Numbered from the stretch's first letter, positions 9,648 to 19,669 are shown. The stretch is 64,000 nucleotides of DNA from Chitinophagaceae bacterium (GCA_016786745.1 JAEUVS010000006.1:3047-67046), one strand, 5' to 3'. Translations and numbers: made by a program. Notes: generated by a model from the letters alone, not told the origin.

Positions 9648-10160
9648 TTACTGGGTTTTCCGCACCGATAATATTCTGATGTTTTCTATCATTTTGATAG
9701 CCGTGTAAGCAGCTTCTTCACCTTTATGCCCATGAGCGCCACCGATGCGTTCTTCGGCCTGCCGATCGTTGTCGACAGTCAGCACTCCGAATATCACCGG
9801 AACAGGAAGATCGAGGTTTAAACGCGTAATACCATCTGTTACCGACCGGCAAACATATTCAAAGTGGGGCGTACCGCCTTTTATCACACATCCGAGTGCG
9901 ATAAAGCATTGCGGGCGGTTGTCTTTATATTTAAATAGGTCCCAGTACTTATTGATGATAAAGGGAATTTCTATTGCGCCGGGTACTGTGATGACAGCGA
10001 TGCTTTTTATTCCGTGTTGTTCGAGTATTTTTTTACAACCCTTTTCCAGTTCATCTACCACTTTCGCGTTCCAGTCGGTACGTACAATAACCACACAGGC
10101 ATCCTGTTTCTGGATGCCTGTGGTATTTGTAATAAGGTTGCTGTTGGATACTTCAGCCAT
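9648..10160 (-). CDS. ribH: 6,7-dimethyl-8-ribityllumazine synthase
   Basis: 170 aa with VPGAIEIP and GCVIKGGTPHFEYV lumazine-synthase motifs. Confidence 0.95.
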   Translation of the reverse strand: MAEVSNSNLITNTTGIQKQDACVVIVRTDWNAKVVDELEKGCKKILEQHGIKSIAVITVPGAIEIPFIINKYWDLFKYKDNRPQCFIALGCVIKGGTPHFEYVCRSVTDGITRLNLDLPVPVIFGVLTVDNDRQAEERIGGAHGHKGEEAAYTAIKMIENIRILSVRKTQ

Positions 10161-10176
10161 AAATAACTATTTTCCT

Positions 10177-10310
10177 GATCCCTCACACTCGCTTCGCTCG
10201 GTTCGGGATGACAATTTAGTTGAAAGCCCGGTTCGGGATGACAATTTAGGTTGAAAGCCCGGTTTGGGATGACTATTTAGTTGAAAGCCCGGTTCGGGAT
10301 GACAATTTAG
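10177..10310. repeat. REP-like element left arm followed by 4 tandem 30-31-bp units
   Basis: GATCCCTCACACTCGCTTCGCTC, then GGTTCGGGATGACAATTTAG at 10200, 10230, 10261 (2 mismatches) and 10291. The copies are separated by (G)TTGAAAGCCC. The last copy contains the stop codon of the upstream TPR gene. Confidence 0.9.
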
Positions 10311-10999
10311 TTCAACGCGCCCAGCCTTCCGAGGTACTTGTCAATTTCAGCGCCTCTTTCACTGGAAGGATATTTCTCTTTGATAATTTTAAACATTTCA
10401 ATTGCCTCTTTGTTCTTACCGAGATCCTGGTAAAGAAGCCCGGCGCGGAACAAATATTCTGGCGAATTGAAGTTGTCGTCGGGAAATATTGTTCCTGCTT
10501 TTCTATATTGCTCTATCGCTTCGTTTTTCTTACCGGTTTCCGCATATGCGTCACCGAGGAGGCCCGTGGCCCGCACCTGGAGCAGTTTGTCGTCTGTTGT
10601 ATAATCTTTCAGCTGTTTGATAGCGTTGTTAAAATCGCCGAGCTTGATATAGCAGGCACCTGCGTAAAATTTCGCGAGCGATGCGGCTTTGGTTCCGCTA
10701 TACCTCGACATTATTCTCAGGAAACCAGGGTTAGCCTGGTCGCCATTGAGTGCGAGGCGGGCTGAATCGTTCCTGTAATAATCTTCGGCTTTCCACATGG
10801 CTTCAGCTGCCTTTAATTCTTCGGGATTGCTGAAATAGTTTTTATAAACGAAATATCCGCCTATAAGGGCCACGACGATAACAAGAGCCGTGACAATTTT
10901 TTTACTATTCTTTTGCCAGAATTGCTCGCTTCTGTTTTCGATATGACCGCTGTGAGATGCCGAACTCTTTTCTTCAGGATGCTTGACTTCGTTAGCCAT
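10307..10999 (-). CDS. membrane-anchored tetratricopeptide-repeat protein (YfgM-like architecture)
   Basis: 230 aa with one N-terminal TM segment (IVTALVIVVALIGGYFVY) followed by TPR-like repeats. Confidence 0.75.
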   Translation of the reverse strand: MANEVKHPEEKSSASHSGHIENRSEQFWQKNSKKIVTALVIVVALIGGYFVYKNYFSNPEELKAAEAMWKAEDYYRNDSARLALNGDQANPGFLRIMSRYSGTKAASLAKFYAGACYIKLGDFNNAIKQLKDYTTDDKLLQVRATGLLGDAYAETGKKNEAIEQYRKAGTIFPDDNFNSPEYLFRAGLLYQDLGKNKEAIEMFKIIKEKYPSSERGAEIDKYLGRLGALN

Positions 11000-11031
11000 T
11001 ATAAATTTGTAGTTTATTAAACATTGAGGTA

Positions 11032-12027
11032 TTAATCCACAATAAAAGGATAATCCTGCTGCTGGTAAATATCTTTTAGTACTTCACTATCATCGGGCCA
11101 TGGCGACTCTTCTGCGAACTTCACGGCAGCCTGAACGGTGTCGCTTACGCGTTTGTCGATCGCGGCGATTTCCTCTTTTGTGGCCAGTTTTTCTGTTGTT
11201 ATTTTTTTCAGCACCTGCTGAAGGGGATCTCTTTGTTTATACTCATCCACTTCTTCCTTGGTGCGGTATTTCTGCGGATCGGAAATGGAGTGGCCCTTGT
11301 ACCTGTACGTTTTTATTTCTAATAGTGTCGGCCCGCCACCTTCGCGTGCCCTTTTAACCGCGCGTGCCACGGCTTCGTGAACCGGCTCGGGCGTCATACC
11401 ATCCAGGGAGTCGGCGGGCATTTCATAGGCGTCGGCGAGTTTGTAAATGTCCACCACGTTGCTGGTACGTTCTACGGAAGTACCCATTGCGTAGTTGTTG
11501 TTCTCGCAGATGAAAACTACCGGCAATTTCCATGTCATCGCGATGTTAAACACCTCGTGAAGCATACCCTGCCGGGCCGCTCCATCGCCGAAAAATGTGA
11601 TGGAAACATTATCGGTGCCGCGATATTTCTCAGCAAATGCGAGCCCGGCCCCTGTTCCAATCTGTGCGCCCACAATTCCGTGACCGCCGAAAAAGAAGAC
11701 GTCTTTACCAAAGAAGTGCATACTTCCGCCTTTTCCTTTGGCGCATCCGGTACCCTTGCCATAGAGTTCAGCCATACAGCTATTGGCGCTAACCCCTTTC
11801 GCCAGGGCGAGACCGTGGTCGCGGTAGGCGGTGATGAATGGATCTTCCTGGCGGGTTGCTGTCATACATCCTGCCGCAATGGCTTCCTGGCCCACATAGG
11901 CATGGAAAAAACCGCGGATTTTTCCTTCCATCTTATATTTTTCTTCAGCCGTCAATTCGAACTGACGGATGAGCTGCATTAGTTCATACCAGTACAGGTA
12001 GGTTTCCTTGGAGAATTTGGTCGCCAC
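11032..12027 (-). CDS. pdhA: pyruvate dehydrogenase E1 component, alpha subunit
   Basis: 331 aa with the ThDP-binding motif FFGDGAARQG...ICENNNYAMGT. Apparent GTG start. No E1 beta gene is adjacent. Confidence 0.9.
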   Translation of the reverse strand: MATKFSKETYLYWYELMQLIRQFELTAEEKYKMEGKIRGFFHAYVGQEAIAAGCMTATRQEDPFITAYRDHGLALAKGVSANSCMAELYGKGTGCAKGKGGSMHFFGKDVFFFGGHGIVGAQIGTGAGLAFAEKYRGTDNVSITFFGDGAARQGMLHEVFNIAMTWKLPVVFICENNNYAMGTSVERTSNVVDIYKLADAYEMPADSLDGMTPEPVHEAVARAVKRAREGGGPTLLEIKTYRYKGHSISDPQKYRTKEEVDEYKQRDPLQQVLKKITTEKLATKEEIAAIDKRVSDTVQAAVKFAEESPWPDDSEVLKDIYQQQDYPFIVD

Positions 12028-12085
12028 TTTTTCGAAAATTTGAGCGGCAAAGATAAGGGTAAGAGGGGCATTTCTCTAAATTTAC

Positions 12086-13171
12086 TTGTTGTTACTAATC
12101 AACTCCATATCGCTGGTACAGTTCAAAAATTACCCCCAGCGGAATTTCAGCTTTAGTTCCCGCATTGTGGGCATAAGCGGACCCAATGGCACGGGCAAAA
12201 CCAACCTGCTCGACGCCATCTATTACCTGTGTTTTACCAAAAGCTATTTTACCCGGTCCGACAGCTTTAACGCCCTGACCGGTACCAACGGCTTCCGCAT
12301 TGAGGGCCAGCTTGAGCATAATGGCGAAAACTATAAGGCTGTATGCATTCTGAGGGAAACGGGTAAGAAGGAATTTATGCTGAATGGAAACGCTTATGAG
12401 CGCTTTTCGCACCACATCGGCAGGTTTCCCTGCGTTTTCATCGCCCCCGACGATGTGAGGATGATCACGGAAGGTAGCGAGGAACGCCGCCGGTTCATAG
12501 ATGCCATCCTTTCGCAGCTCGATCCGGAGTACCTGCAGCGGCTCATGAATTACAACAAGCTTTTGCTGCAACGTAACAGTTACCTGAAGTCGGTCTCAGA
12601 AAACAGGCTAAAGGATACCAGCCTGCTTGAGGTATATGACGAACAACTTTCTAATGACGGTTCTTACATCTTCGAAAAAAGAAAATCGTTCATGGACGAA
12701 TGCCTCGGCCTCGTGACCGGCTTCTATGGCAAGATTTCAGGCGCTGCGGAAAATATCGAACTTAAATACGAGAGCCAGCTTCATAAACTTGATTTCGCGG
12801 AACTGTTGAAATCAACGAGAGACAGGGATCTTTATCTTCAGCGAACAACTGCCGGTATTCACAAAGATGATATCCAGATTTTACTCAATAACCAGCCGTT
12901 CCGCAATATTGCATCGCAGGGACAGCGGAAGAGCCTGTTGTTTGCTTTAAAGTTATCAGAATTTGAAATGTTGCGGTCTCATAAAGGCTTCGCTCCCATC
13001 CTGCTGCTTGATGATGTCTTTGAAAAATTAGATGAATCACGCATGCATAACCTGCTGAGTTGGGTGTGCCTGGATAACGATGGACAAATTTTTATCACGG
13101 ATACACATCAGCAAAGAATTAAAGAGCATCTTGAAACATTGGGTGCATTGTACCAGCTGATTGAATTATAA
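12086..13171 (+). CDS. recF: DNA replication/repair protein RecF
   Basis: Walker A GPNGTGKTN, signature SQGQRKSLLFALKL, Walker B ILLLDDVFEKLD. TTG start, exact position uncertain. Confidence 0.93.
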   Translation: MLLLINSISLVQFKNYPQRNFSFSSRIVGISGPNGTGKTNLLDAIYYLCFTKSYFTRSDSFNALTGTNGFRIEGQLEHNGENYKAVCILRETGKKEFMLNGNAYERFSHHIGRFPCVFIAPDDVRMITEGSEERRRFIDAILSQLDPEYLQRLMNYNKLLLQRNSYLKSVSENRLKDTSLLEVYDEQLSNDGSYIFEKRKSFMDECLGLVTGFYGKISGAAENIELKYESQLHKLDFAELLKSTRDRDLYLQRTTAGIHKDDIQILLNNQPFRNIASQGQRKSLLFALKLSEFEMLRSHKGFAPILLLDDVFEKLDESRMHNLLSWVCLDNDGQIFITDTHQQRIKEHLETLGALYQLIEL

Positions 13172-13191
13172 ATTTCGACTACCTTCGGCTC

Positions 13192-13473
13192 ATGAGTGAA
13201 ATTTCTCTAGGAGATGCGTTGCGGCAGTTTCTCAACCAGAGCAGGCTGAAGGGTCCGATCCAGGCATTGCAGATAGAGGATGTGTGGGAGGAGATCATGG
13301 GAAAGACGATTGCGCGGTACACGGATAAGCTGAAAATTCACGGAAGCACACTCTACATTTCGACGACAGTGGCGCCGTTAAAACAGGAGTTGCTCTATCA
13401 AAAAGAAAAAATAATTCAGAGAGTGAACGAAGCTTTAGGTGAGAAGACGATTAAAGAGGTGGTTATTCAATAA
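13192..13473 (+). CDS. DUF721 (DciA-like) protein
   Basis: 93 aa immediately downstream of recF, the usual position. Sequence pattern IEDVWEEIMG...L.I....STL.I....A.LKQEL. Confidence 0.8.
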   Translation: MSEISLGDALRQFLNQSRLKGPIQALQIEDVWEEIMGKTIARYTDKLKIHGSTLYISTTVAPLKQELLYQKEKIIQRVNEALGEKTIKEVVIQ

Positions 13474-13475
13474 TA

Positions 13476-14519
13476 TTAAACTCTTATCCTCGGATCAACA
13501 ATTCCATAAACTATATCCGCCAGGATATTTATCACGATAAAAAAGAACGAAGAGACTAATACGGAACCCATCACAACGGGAAAATCAAGATTTTCGAGAG
13601 CATCAACCGTAACTTTTCCTATTCCCTTCCACCCAAAAATATACTCCACAAAGAAAGCGCCCGCCAACAGCTCGGCGAACCATCCTGTGATGGCGGTAAT
13701 CACCGGGTTTAACGCATTACGCAATGCATGTTTCCAGATCACTGCGTTTTTGCTTAATCCTTTCGCATATGCGGTCCTGATATAATCGCGGTTAAGCACG
13801 TCGAGCATTGAGCTGCGCGTAAGCTGCGCAATGATGGCCATTGGCCGTATGCCAAGCGTTATCGCCGGTAGCACCAGGTTTGCGGGCACAACCTGTCTTC
13901 CTTCGAACGGATCGGTTTCAAATAAACTGCCCGTCATGCTCAACCCTGTGTAAGCACTCAACACAAATCCAAAACAGTACGCGATCACAATCCCCATAAA
14001 AAAAGATGGAGCTGAAATCCCGAGTACAGATACAAAAATGGATGAACTATCCATCCACGTATCTTTCTTTACCGCGGCAAGAATTCCGAGTGGCACACCC
14101 AACACAATTGCAATCAGCATTGCCGTCATAGCAAGTACGATAGTACCGGGAAGCGCTTCTGTCAACACATCCCACACATCTCTTCTCGATTGGTACGATC
14201 TCCGCAGGTACGGCGCCTTAATCCCGAATTTCGTGTCACCGCCAATAAATATTCCATTCAGTTTTTTCTGCGCTATTTCTTCCCTCGTATGAATAGAAAG
14301 CGGGGAAACATCGTTGAGGTATGTGACAAACTGTTTCCACTTTGGCTGGTCGAGGTTGAGTTCTTTCCTGATATTTTGCTGCGTGGCGGCATCTGCTGTT
14401 TGTCCCAATACCAAACGTGTGGGATCGCCAAAACCCTGGAAGAGAAAAAATACTACTACAATAACACCGGCCATTACCAGTGCGCCATAGAAAATTTTCT
14501 TTGTGAGGTATGATAGCAT
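13476..14519 (-). CDS. ABC transporter permease (DppB/OppB type)
   Basis: 347 aa with 6 predicted TM segments and an EAA-like loop (TRSSMLDVLNRDYIRTAYAKGL). No ATPase or binding-protein gene is adjacent. Confidence 0.88.
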   Translation of the reverse strand: MLSYLTKKIFYGALVMAGVIVVVFFLFQGFGDPTRLVLGQTADAATQQNIRKELNLDQPKWKQFVTYLNDVSPLSIHTREEIAQKKLNGIFIGGDTKFGIKAPYLRRSYQSRRDVWDVLTEALPGTIVLAMTAMLIAIVLGVPLGILAAVKKDTWMDSSSIFVSVLGISAPSFFMGIVIAYCFGFVLSAYTGLSMTGSLFETDPFEGRQVVPANLVLPAITLGIRPMAIIAQLTRSSMLDVLNRDYIRTAYAKGLSKNAVIWKHALRNALNPVITAITGWFAELLAGAFFVEYIFGWKGIGKVTVDALENLDFPVVMGSVLVSSFFFIVINILADIVYGIVDPRIRV

Positions 14520-14534
14520 TTATAGAAGTTACTC

Positions 14535-15644
14535 TCAGTTCGTAGCGCTCAGGTATCTCAGCGCCTGGTCGAAGTCTACCGCACTCCATTTTTCCACTAT
14601 CGTGCCGCCGTCTACCAGGAACAGTACCGGGTTGTAGCGTGCGGCCGTTTTTATTGCGGTGCCATCGGTTTTAAGAGGAGTAAGCTCAGGAAAAAACCCC
14701 TTGCGGTTGTTCTCGATTTCCAGGTTCGATACGAGAAATCCTTTCATATTTTTCTTCGACGTCTCGGCTATGATCATATCCATTCTGTCGATCCAGTCGC
14801 CGGGTTTATATCCATCTTTTAAAAACAGGAACAGTTTTTTGCCAGGTTCAGTGAGCAAAGCCTGCGTTGTGTCGTTACCATAGTTGGTCTGCAAGGCAAA
14901 ATCCCTGATGGCCGGAACAGCGGTTCCCTTTCTCACTACTTTATCTTCTCTCTTTATGAATTTGTATGAATCGTCGAAATCGGCGGGGAAATTCTCAGCG
15001 GTGAAACTGGATTGTTTTCCGTTTTTTTCGTAGGTGAACATAATTACCGTACTATCGGGAATTGCGCCGGGTGGTATTTTCATTTTTTCAGGAATATTGT
15101 TGCCTACTTTGTAGGGCAGGCAATCTACTACGGGCAGGTGTTGAAGCACGTACCATTGAAAAGCAAATGTGAGTACGAGTGAAAAGAACAGCACCACTTT
15201 CGCGAATGTTCTGGAAAACAGTGGTTTCATCTGGTTGCGGTAAGGGAAGATAACGAGTATCAGCACGAGGAGTATGAGATCTTTGATGAACGATTCATGT
15301 GCCTGCAATGGGATACAATCGCCGAAGCAGCCACATTCGCGGATTTTCCCGGAAAAGAGAGCGTAGCCGGTAAGGAAAGTGAAAAATATGATAAGCAAGA
15401 GTAGCAGCCAGCTGAACAGCCTCATTTTCCATCCCAGTAATACGGCGAAGCCTGCAAGGATTTCAAAGGTGATGATGATGATGGAGAAGGCGAGGGTTGA
15501 GTTGTTGAATGAGTGCATGCCCCATACTTCGAAGAATTCCTGCATTTTATAGCTAAGGCCGAGTGGGTCGTTGGCTTTGACGAGGCCCGAGAATATGAAG
15601 AGGACTCCGACGATAAATCTTGATATGTTTACGATTGTTTTCAA
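14535..15644 (-). CDS. DoxX/MauE-like membrane domain fused to a thioredoxin-fold-like domain (BT_3928-type architecture)
   Basis: 369 aa. N-terminal 4-TM DoxX-like region with a CGCFGDC motif. The C-terminal soluble domain has no CxxC. TTG start. Confidence 0.75.
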   Translation of the reverse strand: MKTIVNISRFIVGVLFIFSGLVKANDPLGLSYKMQEFFEVWGMHSFNNSTLAFSIIIITFEILAGFAVLLGWKMRLFSWLLLLLIIFFTFLTGYALFSGKIRECGCFGDCIPLQAHESFIKDLILLVLILVIFPYRNQMKPLFSRTFAKVVLFFSLVLTFAFQWYVLQHLPVVDCLPYKVGNNIPEKMKIPPGAIPDSTVIMFTYEKNGKQSSFTAENFPADFDDSYKFIKREDKVVRKGTAVPAIRDFALQTNYGNDTTQALLTEPGKKLFLFLKDGYKPGDWIDRMDMIIAETSKKNMKGFLVSNLEIENNRKGFFPELTPLKTDGTAIKTAARYNPVLFLVDGGTIVEKWSAVDFDQALRYLSATN

Positions 15645-15721
15645 ATTTGTTTTTCTTTTTTAGAGCCGCCCCGGAGGAATATTTTTTTCTTTTTTTAATA
15701 CTAATAAAAATAAAAAAAATC

Positions 15722-16255
15722 TCACTCACTCATAATCAATGCAAACAGCGAATAATTAATTATATCGTGATAATTCGCATCGAGGCCCTCGCTGATAAGC
15801 GTCTTCCCTTCATTTGCTATAATCTGCCTCATACGCATCAGCTTCATCAAAATAAGATCAACAAAACTCTGCTGGCTCATACTTCTCCACGCTTCCCCAT
15901 AATCATGATTCTTCTTAACCATTAACGCTTTCGTTTCAGCAATCTTATCATCATACCACTTCTCCACCTGCTCTACCGGCACATCTTCAACAGCATCGTG
16001 CCCGAGGAATAATTGTATCAATCCAATCACGCTATAATTTACCATTCCCCTAAACTCATCGCGGATATCATCGGCAACCAGTTGCTTTCCCTTCTCCTGG
16101 ATGGTCCTGATGCGCTGCGCCTTAATAAAAAGCTGGTCAAGTATCGAAATCGGCCGGAGCACTCTCCACGAAGTGCCGTAATCTTTTGTTTTTTTAATGA
16201 AAATCTCTTTGCATGATCTGACCGCCGAATCGTATTGCACATTTGTATTGCTCAT
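15722..16255 (-). CDS. DUF1599 domain protein
   Basis: 177 aa with two YG..W repeats (DYGTSWRVLRP and DYGEAWRSMS). It is divergent from folP, the conserved Bacteroidota arrangement. Confidence 0.85.
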   Translation of the reverse strand: MSNTNVQYDSAVRSCKEIFIKKTKDYGTSWRVLRPISILDQLFIKAQRIRTIQEKGKQLVADDIRDEFRGMVNYSVIGLIQLFLGHDAVEDVPVEQVEKWYDDKIAETKALMVKKNHDYGEAWRSMSQQSFVDLILMKLMRMRQIIANEGKTLISEGLDANYHDIINYSLFALIMSE

Positions 16256-16332
16256 CCAGGAAGAATAATCTGTTGGTTCTGTTCTAAATTTAATGCAGAA
16301 TTTTGTTGTTCAAATGTAATACTTAGAAGCCA

Positions 16333-17178
16333 ATGTTCACTTTGAATTGCAGGGGAAAACTGCTTGTTGCAAAACGGCCGCTGGTGATGGGCATCATCAA
16401 TGTTACGCCTGATTCTTTCTACGACGGAAGCAGGCGCAACGGCGCCGACGCTGTATTGCAGCAAACCGAGCGCATGCTGAACGAAGGCGCGGATATCATC
16501 GACATTGGCGCGCAAAGCACCCGGCCAAATGCGCAACTTGTTTCTATGGAAGAAGAGTTATCGCGACTCGCCGGCATTGTTGATGTGGTTACTGACAAAT
16601 TTCCCGACGCGTTTTTTTCAATTGATACTTTCTATAGTAAAGTCGCAGATATCTGCGTAGCCGCAGGCGCCTCGATTATCAACGATATCAGCGCGGGGCA
16701 GATGGATGGGAAAATGATACCACTCGCCGCGAAACTCGGCGTTCCCTACGTATGCATGCATATGCGCGGTACTCCACAAACGATGCAGTATTTAAATCAG
16801 TACGACGATGTGGCGAAGTCGGTAATTGACTACTTCATTGAGAAAATTGACGAATGTAAAAAAGCCGGAATCAACGATATTATTGTTGATCCCGGCTTCG
16901 GATTCAGTAAAGATATCAGGCAGAATTTCGAGCTGCTCGGAAAACTGCAGTTATTCAGTATGCTTGGCAGACCGCTGATGGTTGGCCTCTCCAGGAAATC
17001 TTCTATCTACAAAACTTTGGGCGTCACCGCCGACGAGGCCCTTAACGGCACTACCGTACTCAATACCGTAGCGCTAATGAAAGGAGCCGGTATTTTACGC
17101 GTACATGATGTGAAGGAGGCGAAGGAATGTGTTGCATTACTGGATCACCTTCCTGCTTTCGGGGTCTCGGCTTTCTGA
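16333..17178 (+). CDS. folP: dihydropteroate synthase
   Basis: GIINVTPDSFYDGS, DIGAQSTRP and RVHDV motifs. Confidence 0.95.
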   Translation: MFTLNCRGKLLVAKRPLVMGIINVTPDSFYDGSRRNGADAVLQQTERMLNEGADIIDIGAQSTRPNAQLVSMEEELSRLAGIVDVVTDKFPDAFFSIDTFYSKVADICVAAGASIINDISAGQMDGKMIPLAAKLGVPYVCMHMRGTPQTMQYLNQYDDVAKSVIDYFIEKIDECKKAGINDIIVDPGFGFSKDIRQNFELLGKLQLFSMLGRPLMVGLSRKSSIYKTLGVTADEALNGTTVLNTVALMKGAGILRVHDVKEAKECVALLDHLPAFGVSAF

Positions 17179-18092
17179 CGCGCTCTTGCCCTTGGATCCA
17201 TTGACGGCAATCCCGGGTTGCGTTTTTCCGGAACAGTTACATCCAGCACCTCTACATCGAAAATCAGGTTTTCAAATGCTTTGAATTTCGCACCGGGAGG
17301 CACATTGGCTCCATAGCCGAGTATCGAGGGAATATAAAGCCTTCCCTTACCACCTTTTCCGAAAAGACGCATGCCATCGTCCCATCCTTCTATTGCACCG
17401 CGCTGGCCAACAGTGAAGGAATACGGTTGCGCATGACCGAAAGTTGTATCGGTATTACTGTCGAACACCACGCCCTGGAAGGTAGTACCAGTATAATTCA
17501 CCTTTACCACTTTTCCTGAGTCGGCAAGAGGAGCTACACCCGGTTTCTCCACGACTACAAAAACACCCTTTTCAGTTTTCTGTGCTTTGATATTAGCAGA
17601 GTCGAGGTACTTCTGTATAGTAGTAATTTCATTTTCCTTGATTTCATCGATTCCTTTTTGCTGATCTGCCCTCACAGCGGTTTCTGTTGGCAGCACATCG
17701 AGCACTTTAATGATGAGCGTAAGCTTATCATTCTTTTTGATATATGGCGGAAGCTGGCCCTTTTTCATCAGGCTGTCGGCCAACATTACGATGATGGTGC
17801 TGTCGCCCTTTCTCAGCTTGCCGAAAACTTCGAGCGGACTGTAAGTATTGCCAACGCTGTCGACACGTGCGTATGTAGGAAGCGCTCCAACGCTGGTGGT
17901 TACTACGGAATCGTGTACCTTTTGTGTGAAGTGCACTTTCAGGAACTCGCCGTTTTTCGCAACAGGATTTTTCTTGTCGGAAATTACCCTGTACAAAATT
18001 CCGCTTTTGGTTTTCTTAAATCCATCTCCCATACATCCGGTTGTAACGAATATTGTTACAAGGCCGAGGAGAATGGTGGTAATCGTTTTCAT
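17145..18092 (-). CDS. FKBP-type peptidyl-prolyl isomerase lipoprotein (two FKBP-like modules)
   Basis: Lipobox LVTIFVTTGC and C-terminal FKBP signature GAIEGWDDGMRLFGKGGKGRLYIPSILGYG. Its 3' end overlaps the folP 3' end by 34 nt. Confidence 0.9.
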   Translation of the reverse strand: MKTITTILLGLVTIFVTTGCMGDGFKKTKSGILYRVISDKKNPVAKNGEFLKVHFTQKVHDSVVTTSVGALPTYARVDSVGNTYSPLEVFGKLRKGDSTIIVMLADSLMKKGQLPPYIKKNDKLTLIIKVLDVLPTETAVRADQQKGIDEIKENEITTIQKYLDSANIKAQKTEKGVFVVVEKPGVAPLADSGKVVKVNYTGTTFQGVVFDSNTDTTFGHAQPYSFTVGQRGAIEGWDDGMRLFGKGGKGRLYIPSILGYGANVPPGAKFKAFENLIFDVEVLDVTVPEKRNPGLPSMDPRARARQKAETPKAGR

Positions 18093-18131
18093 TACTTGTA
18101 ATTAATTTATTGTCTATTTTATTTCTCTATT

Positions 18132-19148
18132 TTATTTCTCTTCTTTCAAAAGTTCGGCGTTTTCTTTCATCGCCATTTTGAAATTCTCAACTGTTTTTTC
18201 AAGGGAATCGAGGGTTCTGCCTCCTGACGCGTTATAGTGCCCTCCCCCATTGAAATATTTTCTTGCAAAGGTATTGGTATCAAAACCGCCTTTGCTCCTG
18301 AAGCTCCATTTTCTTTCCTCGTCACGATCTATCACTAATCCGGCCAATTTTATGCCCTGGATGCTTAGAGGATAGTTTACAAGCCCTTCGGTGTCGCCCG
18401 TTTTTATCTGGAAACGGAGCAGGTCTTTTTTCGAAATCGCAATCAACGCGGTATTATATTCATAAAACACCTCCATCCTGTTCATCAGCACATGACCGAT
18501 AAAACGCAGCCTGTTCTCGAGAAAATTGTCATAGATATTTTCATGCACCTTAGAATGTTCCAACCCTCTTTCTTTCAAAAAGGCCACCATCTGGTGCACA
18601 GAAGCGGAGGTTGACGCGAACCTGAACGAACCCGTGTCGGCCATCACACCCGCATACAGACACTCAGCGATCGGCGTATTGATTTTGTCGGCATGACCCG
18701 ATTGAACGATGAAATCGTACACCATTTCGGCTGTCGAGCTTTTGGCCGTATCGCTGATACCATAGTCGAAATTCGCGGTATCGGGCATCTGGTGATGGTC
18801 TATGAGAATTTTCGTGCCCTTAAAGTCGTACAGCTTCTGTGTGAGGTTCTTGGTGCGCGAAAAAATATTAAAATCGAGACAAATGAGCCATTCGGATCTG
18901 TTCAGCGCTTCTGTTGCCTTGTCGGCATGAAGCTCATAATCTATCACCACCTCGCTTGAAGTCATCCAGTTGAGCCAGGTAGCCCAGTTTGTGGGGGAGA
19001 TCACCGATACCTCATGTCCCAACGAAGTGAGGAAATGATACATTGCCAATGAGGAACCCATAGCATCGGGATCTGGTTTCTGGTGCGTTGTAATCACTAC
19101 CTTCCTCGGGGCCGTAAGCAGTGGAAATATCTCCTTAATTGGTTTCAT
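18132..19148 (-). CDS. nrnA: DHH/DHHA1 phosphoesterase (NrnA-like)
   Basis: DPDAMGSS, ILIDHHQ and GGGHYNASGG motifs. The ATG at 19148 is preferred over the TTG at 19151. Confidence 0.85.
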   Translation of the reverse strand: MKPIKEIFPLLTAPRKVVITTHQKPDPDAMGSSLAMYHFLTSLGHEVSVISPTNWATWLNWMTSSEVVIDYELHADKATEALNRSEWLICLDFNIFSRTKNLTQKLYDFKGTKILIDHHQMPDTANFDYGISDTAKSSTAEMVYDFIVQSGHADKINTPIAECLYAGVMADTGSFRFASTSASVHQMVAFLKERGLEHSKVHENIYDNFLENRLRFIGHVLMNRMEVFYEYNTALIAISKKDLLRFQIKTGDTEGLVNYPLSIQGIKLAGLVIDRDEERKWSFRSKGGFDTNTFARKYFNGGGHYNASGGRTLDSLEKTVENFKMAMKENAELLKEEK

Positions 19149-19218
19149 CAAAATGTGCGCAAAGTTGCAGAATTAATGCCCAACCGCCAATTTTACTTAT
19201 GTAATCGTCAAGTTAATT

Positions 19219-19226
19219 TACCTTTG
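19219..19226 (+). promoter_or_regulatory. candidate Bacteroidota -7 promoter box TAccTTTG upstream of ndk
   Basis: Perfect match to the TAnnTTTG consensus, 18 nt upstream of the ndk ATG. There are no transcript data. Confidence 0.35.
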
Positions 19227-19243
19227 CGCCCAAATTGAAAAAT

Positions 19244-19660
19244 ATGAGCAACCGCACGTTTACAATGATCAAACCTGACGCCATGAAGAATGGGCACGCA
19301 GGCGCGATCTTCGACAGGATAATTAAGGAAGGATTTAGGGTAATTGCGCTGAAGATGACAAAGCTGAGCGCCGAGAAGGCAGGCGAATTTTACGCCATCC
19401 ATAAGGGAAGGCCCTTTTATGGAGAACTTGTGGAATTCATGAGCAGCGGACCAATCATTGCCGCGATCCTCGAAAAACCCGGTGCGGTATCATCTTTCAG
19501 AACGCTCATCGGCGCTACTGATCCTGCAAAAGCTGAAGCTAATACCATACGCAAATTATATGCGACTTCCCTTGGAGAAAATGCCATTCATGGCAGCGAC
19601 AGCGACGAAAACGCGAAAATTGAAGGTGATTTCTTTTTCAGCGGTCTCGAAAGGTTTTAA
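19244..19660 (+). CDS. ndk: nucleoside-diphosphate kinase
   Basis: [11 protein letters not shown] and NAIHGSDS (active-site His) motifs. The ATG at 19244 is preferred over the TTG at 19235. Confidence 0.95.
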   Translation: MSNRTFTMIKPDAMKNGHAGAIFDRIIKEGFRVIALKMTKLSAEKAGEFYAIHKGRPFYGELVEFMSSGPIIAAILEKPGAVSSFRTLIGATDPAKAEANTIRKLYATSLGENAIHGSDSDENAKIEGDFFFSGLERF

Positions 19661-19669
19661 TTTTATCAA

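Noticed and set aside
10200-10310. Possible CRISPR array (four 20-nt repeats with regular spacing).
   Set aside because: The spacers are a constant 10-11-nt sequence rather than unique ~30-nt spacers, so the whole is a simple 30-31-bp tandem repeat. No cas genes are present.
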